In this document: one piece after another, positions 1 through 12,057 of the stretch | Position numbering within the stretch: position 1 is the stretch's first letter | Layout of the letters: every line of letters begins with the position of its first letter | NCBI RefSeq assembly: GCF_009914755.1 | Contig: NC_060937.1 | Origin: the human T2T-CHM13v2.0 reference genome, Homo sapiens | Direction: 5' to 3' (one strand) | DNA length: 64,000 nt | Translations under genes and position numbers: made by a program | The notes under the pieces: generated by a model | Seen by the model: only the letters and a program-made list of their open reading frames with translations | Databases searched by the model: none | Told to the model about the DNA's origin: nothing

Positions 1-365
1 AATGCAATCCCAATTAAATTCCATCAAGCTATTTTGTGAATATCAACAAATGGACTCTGACATTTATATGGAGACACAAAAGAATTAAAATAGCAAACAT
101 ACTGCTGAAAAAGAACAAAGTTAGAGAACTATCCAATTGCCAGGCCTACTGTGCAGCTACGGTAATCAACACATTGTTTTCAAGAAATGACAGATATGGA
201 ACAGAATAGAGAACCCAGAAATAGATCCATACAAATATGGTCAACTAATCTTTGACAAAGGAATAAAGGCAATTCGATGGAGAAATAATAGTCTTTGTCA
301 TTTCAATAAATAGTGCTGGAACAATGGAAGTCCACATGTAGAAAAAAAAAATGACACAGATCTTA
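1..365 (+). mobile_element. Ancient L1M LINE fragment (3' part of ORF2), runs off window start
   Basis: Hallmark L1 ORF2 sequence such as AATGCAATCCCAAT and GGAACAGAATAGAGAACCCAGAAATAGATCC..CAACTAATCTTTGACAAAGG; heavily diverged. Confidence 0.85.
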
Positions 366-589
366 CATTTTTGGATAGTTGGTTTTGAGCTGTGATTTTT
401 AGGTTGAAATTTTAATTAGCTTATATTTGGTATAAAATCAAAATTCACCATATTTACAAATTTAATTTATCAGATATATAAGAATTACTTTAAGTACAGA
501 GGAAAATTTGTTGGATAAATACAATTGAAATACTTAAAAAGTATACTGAATATGTTAAATTTATAAATTTAGTTGTAACACTTGAACAT

Positions 590-770
590 TAAGAATCAAT
601 ATTATCCAAAGAGCTCTTAAAAGTGATTGTTAAAATCTGCTACAGTTACCAATAAAATAATACTTGTAAGCTGAACTTAAAAGTTTAAGGAATAATCAAG
701 TTTCTGTATTCTTTTTTAAATGTGTGACAGGCGTTCAGAGGATCATTTAGAATCCTTGGTTCATAACACA
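590..770 (+). mobile_element. Possible decayed hAT transposase C-terminal dimerisation-domain relic
   Basis: Manual frameshifted translation gives YYP..LLK.AT/LPI..TC.AE..SL and SEDHLESLV, resembling hATC motifs; inference only. Confidence 0.3.
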
Positions 771-1224
771 TTCTCATCATTGGTCCATTCTTGGTATTTA
801 TTTGGTTGGTAACTTTAACAAAATTAACTCACTTACTATTAATTTTTATATCCAAAGTAAACTCTGAATAGTCTTTTCTTTATTCCAAAACTGTCTGTGA
901 GCCCATAAAAATCTCACATATTCATAGGATGAAGGTGGGATGTGGAAAGGGTCTAAAATGTGTTTTCGTGAATAAAAATGATTGTTTAGAAATAGTAGCA
1001 TTTAGCCTAGTTATTAAAGACAGGACATTTGAGTAATTTAAAAAAATAGATGAAATGGAAAAACACTCACCCAATAAGGTTTCTATTGTAAAAAGGCCAA
1101 AGGGAACGACATTCAGAATAAAAAGTCTTATACTTGGAAGTGAACAGATAACTAAATTTAATGAGATGGTCCGGGACACATAGGAACCCTCAAAATGTTA
1201 CTAGAAGGTTATGGTGAGCCTAGA

Positions 1225-1400
1225 ATATTGAGGGGTGAGTTTGGGCCATCTAGGTGAAAATGTCAGCTAGACAGTCATAGATATAATACTAGCAGTCTCG
1301 GGGAAATTGGAATTGAGAACACAATGTGGGAACCACCAGCTTAGAGGCAAGAGCTGAAGCTCTGAAGATAGTGAAGGCCTCCCTGGGGGAGATGGGAAGA
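1225..1400 (-). mobile_element. L2 fragment
   Basis: Resembles antisense L2 (CATCTAGGTGAAAATGTCAGCTAGACAG...). Confidence 0.5.
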
Positions 1401-1555
1401 GAGGAATGAAGGCAGAAGAAAAGTTGTTTTTCTTTCAAATCCTCTATATTTTATATTATTCCCTGCTTCCTTTTCCTCCTGCTTCCTGGGTTGGGATGGG
1501 GATATCTCCTCTTGGCTTATAAAATTATCTAGAGACCAGGAGCCACCTTGTAGAG

Positions 1556-2080
1556 TAGGGGTCCCCAACCTCTGGGCCATGGACCAGTACCAGTCCATGG
1601 TCTGTTAGCAACAGGGCCGCACAGCAGGAGGTGAATAGCAGGCGAGTGAGTGAAGCTTCATTTGTATTTACAACCACGCCCCATCACTCCCATTACCCTC
1701 TGAGCTCAGCCTCCTGTCAGATCAGTGGTGGCTTTAGATTCTCACAGGAGTGTGAACCCTATGGTGAATGGTGCATGCAAGGGATCTAGATTGCGTGCTC
1801 TTTATGAGAATCTAGTGCATAATGATCTGTCACTGTCTCCTATCACCCCCAGGTGGGACTGTTTAGTTGCAGGAAAACAAGCTCAGGGCTCCCATTGATT
1901 CTACATGATAAAGAGTTGTATACTTCATTATATATTACAATCTAATAATAATATAAATAAATTGCACAGTAAGTGTAATGCGCTTGTATCATCCTGAACC
2001 ATCCCCCTCCACTCTGTGTCTGTGGAAAAGTTGTCCTCCATGAAACCAGTCCCTGGTATCAAAAATGTTGGGGATCACTG
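1556..2080 (+). mobile_element. MER1A hAT-Charlie DNA transposon, full length
   Basis: TIRs TAGGGGTCCCCAAC...GTTGGGGATCACTG, 525 bp, perfect 8-bp TSD TTGTAGAG (1548-1555, 2081-2088). Confidence 0.93.
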
Positions 2081-2643
2081 TTGTAGAGGACACAGAGAGG
2101 TTATTTTGAGAACCCCAAAGCTGTTACAAACACACCCAATAGACAGCACACCTATATAACTATAGGTATTCAAGGGCAGTTACTACAAGACAAGTTTTCA
2201 GGACCAACTTTTCATCTTTGAGCGGATGCACAGTCCGGACTGGTTTTCTTCCGTAAGAGAGAAAGAGGGAGAGCAAAAGTGAGAACTTTTGGGGCAGGGA
2301 GGAAAAGTCAAAGGGGGATGGTCAGGTTCAAGCATGAGGCCCTTGGAGACTGCTGGCCAGGGGTGCTGCAGAGTCACCGTTTCTATTGTGTAAACTTTCC
2401 TATGCTGACAGATTGCCTGGTGTGATAACTTCACTCTTGTGTGCAAATACTCTTCCTTAAAGACACATAGAGAAAAGCTGGCCAAGACCCAAGAAATGGC
2501 TGTAGAAAGATATTCATTCTCAGGGCATTTCTGAAAACACATTTTCTCTACATTTTCAGCTTTCAAATTGTATAAATTTTCTCTTGACTTCTGACTCAAA
2601 AATCTTCTCAAACCAGGCATGTCAGTTTCTTAATTAAAAATGG

Positions 2644-3036
2644 TGTCTTAGTCTGTGAGGCCTACCATAACAACATACCACAGACTGTGTGGCTTAAACC
2701 ACAAAATGTATTTTCTCACAATTCTGGAGGCTCGAAGTCTAAGATTAAGGTGTCTGCAGATTTGGTTTCATCTGAGGCTTCTGTCCTTGGCTTGCAGATG
2801 GCTGCCTTCTTGTTGTGTCTTCACAGGGCCTTTTTCTCTGTGCCTGAGTATCCCTGGTATCTTTTCTTTTTGTAAGGACACCAGTCCCAATGTATTAGGG
2901 CCCATTGTTTTGATCTCTTTAACCTTATTTACCTCTTTAAAGGTCCCATCTCCAAATATAGTCACATTGGGGATTTGAGCTTCAGTATATGAATTTGTGT
3001 GTGTCTGTGAGGGGGGAAATAATTCAGTCCATAATA
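2644..3036 (-). mobile_element. MLT1B-like MaLR solo LTR
   Basis: TGTCTTAGTC..ACCACAGACTG..TTCTGGAGGCTCGAAGTC..AATTCAGTCCATAATA; imperfect 5-bp TSD AATGG/AATAG. Confidence 0.85.
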
Positions 3037-3454
3037 AATAGTAAGCTGAGATTTGTCTACTATGGACTCCCTGTCACACAGTAAGTACTTAGCAAATATT
3101 TGTAGAATGAGTCAGGCTGTGACTGGGTAACTCATTTATCAATGTGCTGCCATATTTTTTAAAGTCTCATAAACCTTAGTCAATTAAATAAATTTTTCAT
3201 TTTGCAAGAGTTGGTAATGATGGCCTAGTAACTTTATAAATGGGCTAAAATCAATATACTTATCTTTAACATGAGCCCTAGAGGGTCAGATCAAGCCATA
3301 GTGCAAGACCCTAGTATAATTCCTTTCCTTTACTGAAGTGTTATGCTGGAACAACATTGCAGTGAAGGTTTAAAACTAAATATTGAAGATGAGGTGGTTT
3401 TGCAAACTTTCTGGATGATGTGTGTTAAGAGGCACAGAAGGCAAGCATCTTGCT

Positions 3455-3560
3455 CCCTTCTTACAAAGAAACAGAAGTGGTGAAGTAACTTGCCTAAGGT
3501 CTCATGCAGGTGAGTACCAGAACTGGGATTAGAATTCAGTCTTGTGTCACTCCAGGGTGC
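3455..3560 (-). mobile_element. MIR fragment
   Basis: AAGTAACTTGCCTAAGGTC...CTGGGATTAGAATTCAG antisense MIR core. Confidence 0.7.
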
Positions 3561-4211
3561 TGTTTTTTTTCTTTTTTTGATGTGCTTCTTGTTTAGCCCA
3601 TTTAGCTAGTGAATGTGAAGATTCAAGGAGAAAAGGCTTTTCCTTCTGACATTGAAGTACCTAAACTCTTTAGAAAATCTACTCAGGTGCATTTCATAAA
3701 TTGATTACAGATGAAGTCCAATAGTAACATTGTTTATATTTGTGAAATCTACCATACTTGTCAGTTTCTAGTTTACAGATTATATAAGGAAATCACTTAC
3801 ATCCAAAATACAATCTTTGCCAGTACACCAGCACAACCTCTTGGGAATCTTGAACTACACATATACTGAATTGATACTGCAAATCAAGTCATTTGCCCAA
3901 ATGGAAGGATTTAGGGATAAATTCAGCCAACAGTTACATGCTCAGATTCAAGAATCTGAAATAACCACTATATTGTATAGCTAAAAATAAAGCAGTTTGC
4001 ACAACACTTGGCATTTTCAGTTGACCTAGTCAATACTAGCTAATAATTTTTATAATTCTTGAGTGAAGTGAGTTTTTTCTTTATTTTACATGTACAACTG
4101 GAATCCTGAAAAGTTAATAGATTATCTTTTACCTAAGTACTACTGTAGGTAAGGTAGTATTGATAGTCTTTTACTGAATCTACAAATATTTTTTTCTTGA
4201 ACATGACATAA

Positions 4212-5822
4212 TTTCTTTTAACAGTTTTATTGAGACATAACCAACAAACAATAAACTGCACATACATATAGTGTACAATTTGATGTTTTAACATATGTAT
4301 ATTCTTATTAAAACTACCACCACAATCAAGCTAATAAACCCACTACTCCTAAAAGTTTTCTTGGGTCCTTTTGAAATTCCTCTTTCCTAGGTAACCATTG
4401 ATCTTTTTTTCTGTAACTACACATTAACTTGCATTTTCTAGGATTTTATATAAAGTGAAACATACAGCATGTAATCTTTAAAAAAATCTCTTTTCTTTCA
4501 GTCAGAATACTTACTTTGAGACTCATCAATGCTGTTGAATATATCAATAATTCACTCCTTTTTATTGTGGAGTAATATTCTATTGTATGATTATATCACA
4601 ATTTCTTTATCCATTCACTTAATTATGGGCATTTGGGCTGTTTCCAGTTTTTTGCTGTTACAAAAAAAAAAACGCAGCTATGAATATTTCTGTACAAGCC
4701 TGTATATGAACATATTTATTTTCCTCTTAGGTAAAAACCTATGAGTGGAATGGCTGGAACATATGGCAGGCGCATGTGTAACATTTTTGAAATTGTCAAA
4801 CTGTTTTCTAAAGTGATTGTGCCATTTTACATTCACACCAACAGTGTATGAGAGTTCCAGTTGCTTCACTTCCTTAACATCGCTGGGTGTGGTCAGTTTT
4901 CTAAATTTTAGCCATCCTAATAGATTTGACTTCATGCTTTATTGTGGTTTTCATTTGCATTTCCCCAAAGACTAATTATGTTGAACATCTTTACATGTGC
5001 TTATTTCCAATTGTCTACCTTTGGTGAGGTGTCTATTTGAATGTTTTATTTTTTTAATTGTTTTTATGTTTTCTTCTTAATGAGTTTTAAAATTTGTTCT
5101 TTGTGAGATATGTAGTTTATAAATATTTTCTCCTAGTTTTTGCTTGTCTTCTTATTCTCTTGTCAAAATTAAAAGCTTCTGCTCTTCAAAAGTCTATTGA
5201 GTTTCAAATTATCAATTTTTTTCTTTTATGGGTTGTTCATTTGGTGTTATATCTAAGAAATCTTTACCTATCCTGGGATCAGAGAGATTCTCTAACAGAA
5301 GTTTTATAATTTTAGGTTTTACATTTAGGTCTATATTTCATTTTGAATTAGTTTTTATATACAATTTAAAGTATGGATCAATGTTTATATTTTTGCATGT
5401 GGATATACAATTTTTCCAGCACAATTTATAGAAAAGCTTATTATTACTTCCCTGACTTACCTTTGTACTTCTAGCAAAAATCAATTGTTTGTATATGTGT
5501 GGACCTATTTATGGACCCTCTATTTTGCTCCACTGATCTATTTGTCTATCCTTATGCCAGTGCCACACTGTATTGATAACTGTAGTTCTATAATAAGACT
5601 TGAAATCAAGGCATGTAAGCCCTCCAGTGTTGTTCTTTTTTCAAAGTTTCTTCAGTATTCGAGGTCTTTTGCATTTCCATATGAATTTTAGAATTAAATT
5701 CTCAATTTTTATGGAAAAATTTACTTTTGACTATTGAAAAATTGAATTTTGATTGAGATTGTGTCAAATCTTTATAGATCAGTTTGGAGAAAATAGACAT
5801 CTTAGCAAAATTGAGTCTTCTG
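4212..5822 (-). mobile_element. Old L1M (MB/MC/ME-type) 3' end with ORF2 C-terminal remnant
   Basis: T-rich tail, L1M 3'UTR, then antisense ORF2 (ORF 4678..4935 ELSYTVGVNVKWHNH matches the L1 ORF2 C-terminus). Confidence 0.88.
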
Positions 5823-7149
5823 AGGTTGCTCATAACCTACCTTATTGGACACAACAAGAAAGAATGGCACTGCCAATGCTGTGCAGCCCCCACTCTGCCC
5901 TTAGTATGTCACATGTGGCATCTGATGTTCAGGCTGAGCAAAATGTCAGTGTCAAGTCATATAATAAATTAGTCACAAATGAGCTTAATTCCTTGCCTTC
6001 TAAAAATAAAAATAAAGAGAAGATTAAGTTATAGTATTTTCTTCCTATACCCCAGTGTATAATTTTTTCCCGACTAAGTAGACCACTAGTAAAATGCCTT
6101 TCTACCTCTAAGATGCTAGAATAGAAAAAAAATATTGTTCCCTGCTCATCCCAATGATCAAAATTACCTTGTATTTTGTGATGACTGCTTTGGATTTCCA
6201 AGGCAGTAGCCACCATGTCTCACCTCATGCCCTGCATGACTTAAGGGAAAGAAGAGATCATAGACAACATCTGGCTGTCTAGTAAGTAGAGCTTGACAGT
6301 GTCAGAAACAAGATGCGATGCAGCTATTACTTTGTTAGCTATAGTGCTCTGATTGTTATTTGTTGATGAAAGCTGTGGGAAGAAATGGCAATGCATATAA
6401 ACAGGAGAAATTTAGTTATAATTTATGCTTCTTTAGAAAATGCCAGCAGCAAACATCATTTCCAAAGCATTCAAACCACCTATGACTAATCACAGGATGA
6501 CCAATGTTCCCCTTGTGACGTGGTAATCAAGTGCGTTGAAGACATTCCACCTAATTTTGAGCATTTTAAGCAGTATGATGCCATGATTCAGATTTTCCTA
6601 TTGCAGGTGTCCACAATATTTCCAAATTTATGATATTTTGGAGCCTATGCATTTTTCCCTATGGGCATTGATGACCCACACTGAGTAGAATGAGCAATGT
6701 GGGTGTTGGATTGCTGGGCAATTCTTATGCTCCCTGGAGGGATCCCTTTCTCAATTGCCACGGCAGCTATTCCAAACCTTTACATTCATTAACATCCAAT
6801 AAATATTGATGGAAGCCTTCTCCATAACAGAAACTGTACTCCCACCTTCTACCTATGTTTTCTTCATTTTTAGCAGATAAATCAAATTTTTAACTTTTCA
6901 ACTACACTTTCTCTTTCTACTTCCAAATGTGCCCATTGTCTCACATCTTTTTACTTCTATCCTTTCTATCTCTCAAGAAGACGCATCCTTCTCAAATACA
7001 TCCTCACCCCCTATTCTCATTCTGGCTGATCTCCTGTGTCTCTAGGAACTTTGTTCAGATATTCTGCTTCCTCTTATTTTCCATCTTTTCAACTGGACCC
7101 ATCTTTCCAGATTGCAAATCTGATAGTATCTCCCCGCCAGCCTCCCCAC

Positions 7150-7944
7150 TCCCACACACTAAACCCTGCAGTGGTCACTAGTACTCTTAGGATATATTGA
7201 GAAAAAATTATTCCATTTGGCCTCCAAAGCCCTACATAGTCTGGCTTCTGCCTGCCTCCCCATTCTTACTTTTTTTTTTTTAGACAGAGTCTCACTTTGT
7301 TGCCCAGGCCAGAGAGAGTGCAGTGGCACTATCTCGGCTCATTGTGACCTCCACCTCCGTGGTTCAAGAGATTCTCGTGCCTCAGCCTCCTGAGTAGCTG
7401 GGATTACAGGCGTGCACCACCACGCCCAGCTAATTTTTGTATTTTTAGTAGAGACAGGGTTTTGCCATGTTGGCCAGCTGGTCTCAAACTCCTGCTCTCA
7501 AGTGATCTGCCTGCTTCAGCCTCCCAAAGTGCTGGGAGTACAGGCATGAGCCGCCATGCGCAGCCTCCATTCTTATTTTCACTCATTCCTCCTCTCTCTG
7601 CTCTACACATACTGGATTTTCAATCCCTGAAACACATCTTGGGGTTTCTCCTATCACAGGGCCTTGCACAAGCTCTTCCCTCTTTACTTAAGTTCCACTC
7701 ATCTTTGCTGTCTTACTTAAGCATAATTTCTGTAGGAAAACCTTCCCTGACAAGTTGTTATTCTGCCAGTTTTTTCCCTGTAGACTCCCATGGCTTGATT
7801 TATGTCTTATTCTTAGAATTTGCCATAATTGACATATTCTATTTAGTGAGAATGATTATTTGATTAACATCTGTCTCCCTCACGAAGGTATAAGCTTCAG
7901 GAGGGCAGAGGCTTGTCTTGTTGTGCCCACCACTTAATAACAGA
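7150..7944 (+). mobile_element. L2 fragment interrupted by an Alu
   Basis: GGCCTCCAAAGCCCTACATAGTCTGG...CAGGGCCTTGCACAAGCT...AAGCTTCAGGAGGGCAGAG L2 3' region. Confidence 0.7.
7270..7565 (-). mobile_element. Alu (AluS/Jb-like), full length
   Basis: Dimeric Alu with poly-T; TSD CCATTCTTA(C/T)TT on both sides. Confidence 0.96.
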
Positions 7945-7949
7945 GGCTG

Positions 7950-8140
7950 GGCCAGGTGCAGTGGCTCACACCTGTAATCCCAGCACTTTGGGAGGGTGAG
8001 GCAGGAGGATTGCTTGAGGTCAGGAGTTAAAGACCAGCCTGGCCAACATGATGAAATCCCATCTCTACTAAAAATACAAAAATTAGCTGGGCGTGGTGGT
8101 GCCTGCCTGTAATCCCAGCTACTCAGGAGGCTGAGGCACA
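7950..8140 (+). mobile_element. AluS, 3'-truncated (most of right arm and tail missing)
   Basis: Left arm, A-rich linker and start of right arm end abruptly at GGCTGAGGCACA. Confidence 0.93.
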
Positions 8141-8919
8141 TTTTCTTCCTTCACTTTTTTCTCTTACTACTCTTCTCTCTTCCTTCTTTGTTTTGTTTAC
8201 TATCTTTTTTCTCTCTTTTTATCACTTTATCTAATAAATACTTATTGGGCAAATGAGTGAAATGCTAGTTTTCCTGAGGGTTTTCTGGTTTTTGACTTTT
8301 TTTTCTCTTTTTCGTCTGCCTCCTTTTCCTTAGTAATCTTATCCAACACCATGGCTTCACCACCATCCATATCCATAATGCCCCATGATGTCCAGACCTG
8401 TATTTTCAACTGATTATCTTCCTGGAATTGTCCTCTAGTTACTTAAACTCAACCTAACTCAAACCAAAGTGGTTATCTTCCTTAAATATTTTTCTTCTGC
8501 TTAATCCTACCCTTTGTAAAGTTTGCCACTACCCATTTCAAACGGCTTAAACCCAAAACCTAAGGTCATTTTTCTTCCTTTTCCACAAATACCAAATTCT
8601 GTTGATGCAAATGAAATGTCCCTTTCCAAAATCCCCACTTATATGCCCCTAAGTACTATTGCCTAGTTTTGTTCTTCTCTAACTTTTCCAGAAGGAGAAC
8701 TCTTTTATGTAAGAGGAATATGTAAAAATTATGACATGAGGTGGACGGAAGGGAGCTGCTCTAGCTGAAGGTGGGAGAAGGGATCTGAAAGCAACCCCTT
8801 GCCCACTGAGGCGGTACCAGAAGTTGGTATAGTTTGAAAGCTACTAGCCTACGTTACTGCAACACCCTTTAAAAAAACTGCTTTTACATTTTTTTTCACA
8901 TGTAAAACACAGAAATAAT

Positions 8920-9265
8920 AGAGATTTATGAAATACCTACTATGGGCTAGGCATTGTAGCAGGTGCTGTGAATATAATGGTGATTGAAATCAATATAGCC
9001 CCTGCTCTCAAGGAGGTTATATCTAACAGGGATGGCAGAGAGAAAAAAAGCAATTATAACCAAGTGAAGTAAGTGCTATGATGTGGGTGGCAAGGAGCTG
9101 CGGGCTATGTAGGAGAAGACCTAATGTAGTGCAGGGACAGGTTGGGGGTGGACCACGGGTAGCTTCCTACAGGAAGAGACTGTTAGGCTAGGACCTAAAA
9201 GATGAGTTGGAGTTCAGCAGGTGAAGAGAAGAGAAGACTGTTTCAGGCAGAGGAAACAGCACTGT
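8920..9265 (-). mobile_element. L2 3' fragment
   Basis: ATACCTACTATGGGCTAGGCATTG...CCCTGCTCTCAAGGAG...CAGGCAGAGGAAACAGC. Confidence 0.8.
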
Positions 9266-10185
9266 TGGTTGTTCCAAGGGAGCTAGCTCAGCACTGTAGG
9301 GAGAGGAGCGGGAGTGTAGAGTGAGTATTCACGTCAGGGCTCATCTTTAGCTTAAAAAGAACCAGGGAACTCTGGAGAGTCTAGTTCAGAGTATAATGCT
9401 TTCTCCATCCCTTTCTTGCCCCGTCCTGCCTGGTTTCTTCTTTCGGCTTTGGTACTCATTGGGATTAGTTCCTCACTGCCAAGCTTGAAGCCAATAATTT
9501 GATCTGAAGCAGACGACTTTCAGCAAACCACCGGAAGCCTCCCTGCTCCCCATCTCCATGCGACAACCTCAAATAATTCAGAGCTGTGTAAACCTTGAAA
9601 CCACCTAAGCCCCACCCAGAGACCTCATAACTCTTAAAAAATTCTTCCTCAAACAGAGGAATTTCGTAGGCTTGTTTGATCTTTTTATGTTGCTGTTTTC
9701 AGGATATAACTTTTCTCTTTTCCTCTCAAGCCCGGGCTCTAGGCAGTTATCCAAGAGAAGAGAGGTCTGGAGACTTCAGCCTGTCTCAGGGCACACATCA
9801 AGGCAGAGATGAAAATATAGGTGAATAGTCTGGGATATCTTTATGAACACTTCTCAGATGACTTGGCTGAAATCTTTCTCTTACATCAGAACTCAATGGT
9901 TTTAACAACACAGTTTGATAAAAAACATTTTCTTTAGCAGTCATGTTACAGTAATTAACATGTAACCTTGGGAACTCTATACGTGATTTAATTCCTCTCT
10001 GAACCAATTTTTCCTAGTTTTGTAGACATATCTTGGGTTTCTTTCCAGGTACAAGAAGAGTTTTAAGAATGATGGCCATATGGATTTTCTGTTTAGCAGA
10101 ATTCTCTATATTTTGAGTATCTTTACCCAAAGGTTAGTATTAGACAGACAGTGAAATGAAAATTAAAATGGAAATAATAGTACAA

Positions 10186-10475
10186 TAGGCCTGCATGTTC
10201 TTATCTGAAACTTTTGTGGCCAGATATATTTAATAATTCAAAATATCTGAGATATTAGAAAGATAATATGGTGCCTATATTACATAATATTATAGGTGGG
10301 GTCTGGAGTGTGATCACGCATAACATGTCTGATACGGAATATCTGAATATCCACACTGCATAGCATAGCCTCACGTTAGTTCACCAAATGAACTTTGGTG
10401 CCACACTTAACAAAAATACCTTAGTTTCCGAAGCATTTTGGATTTTGGAATTGCTGAGAAGTAATTGTATACCTG
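10186..10475 (+). mobile_element. MER46C (TcMar-Tigger) MITE
   Basis: CTTATCTGAAACTTTTGTGGCCAGAT...ATAGCCTCACGTTAGTTCA...TTTTGGATTTTGGAATTGC..ACCTG; similar to the second copy at 57.6 kb. Confidence 0.75.
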
Positions 10476-10929
10476 TCCTTGTCTTGCTTCACTGAGAGAG
10501 TTGCTGTATCAAGGGTGTTTAATCAGAAAAATGTTATTTCATCATAAAATGTTATTTTATAGCCTAGCCTAACAGCATTGGAGAATCTTTGTCCCCCTTT
10601 TTTTTTTTGGCACATGTCTGTTTGCAAAATCTTTTTTGGTTATAATTAAAGTAATTCCTCTATTGGAAGTTCAATATACTATTCTATGATCTGAGTCATT
10701 ATTTTACTTTCAGTCCACCAGCTGCTGTTTGCCAAGCTGATTGGCTTTCCAATATATATTTCATTTACTATAGGTTGCAGGGGTATCTCTTTCCAGATGA
10801 TCTATTGGACATAGTCCTTTTTATGCCTCTATTACTTGTTTTGAGAAACTTTTCCTAAGTTAGTTGTTTAGTTGACTGTGTTGGTCCGGTGGGCATCTCA
10901 GATTTATTTGTCTAGAAACTATGCTACCT

Positions 10930-11130
10930 GGAGGCATAGAAAGAGTAAAGTACTTGGAATACCCAGAACTCCTGGATTTGCATTTCATTTCTGCTTCTTT
11001 CTAGCTATGGTGGTGATGGCTTACAATCCATTGAACTTGTCTGAGCTTTAATTTCTCAACTTCAAAATGGGGATTAATAATAACAGCTTTTGCTACTTCT
11101 CAGGCATAATGTGAAGTAAAATGAGAAGAG
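10930..11130 (+). mobile_element. MIR
   Basis: TTTCTCAACTTCAAAATGGGGATTAATAATA MIR core. Confidence 0.65.
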
Positions 11131-11274
11131 GTTGGTGCAAACAAGAAGATACAGTGCAATTCACATTCAACGAAAGGGAACGGTCTAAATGCAAGGTCTA
11201 TATGCACTTAAGGTGTTTTTATTGATAAATATTGGGTTACATGGCTTTACTTCTGCTCAGATCTGGATAGGGAC

Positions 11275-11465
11275 CATTTATTGAGTGGCTGCTGTATCAG
11301 GAACCACAGGAGGCAACCTCGATTAATCCCAGTAAAACCCCTTTGAGGTGGCTGCCATCATTCTCTATTTGAGAGAGGATAGAGACCTGACCAAGGTCAC
11401 ATCACCACTTAGCGCCTGAGCCAGATTGAAAACCAGATTTGTTTGATGGTAAAGTCAGCACTCCA
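11275..11465 (-). mobile_element. MIR
   Basis: CATTTATTGAG...CCAAGGTCACA...GAGCCAGATTGAAAACCAG. Confidence 0.65.
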
Positions 11466-12057
11466 TTTTAATTGCAAAGACTATTGTGCAATGGTGAATG
11501 TTTTGTGGTGTTTTTTTGTGTGTTTTGAAAATTGAGAACAAGATGGGATTCATAACAAATTAGATAGTTCACTTTTCTTATATGTAAATTCCAGACAGTA
11601 GCAATAAATCACACACTTTGGATGCTCAGGGGAAATTAGTTATAATTTAATGCTTTGGAAAATCATTATTTATCCCCCTTTGTGGTAGAATTTATTCTCA
11701 ACATCCTTATAAATAAACAAAATGTTTTACTAGCTAAAAAAATTACCAATCCATTCTTTCTTCACAAGGCATGGAGACAGTAGAACAACGGCATTTTTCT
11801 TTACTATCCTCTTGGCCTAATTGTTCGCTTGTCCTGAATCAGTTACTGAACTGAGAAACCCAGGTAAGCTTCCCATAGCATTCTCCTTTCTTATTTCTAG
11901 TATTTGGTTCAGTCCGCGATACTCTTTTAGCCATCGGTGACTGCTCTTACTGAGACTGTGGCTGTCCTCGCCCAGAGTTGAGGTAGGGGTAGGTTGGGGA
12001 TGGGAGACTCACTACTAAGCACTGTGGAGTCTATTTGAGTCCCTGGCAGTATCTGTC

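Noticed and set aside
11128-11143. AGGTTGGTGCAAA resembling a third MADE1 TIR
   Set aside because: Only 13 nt, with no partner TIR or TA TSD; likely chance at the end of a MIR
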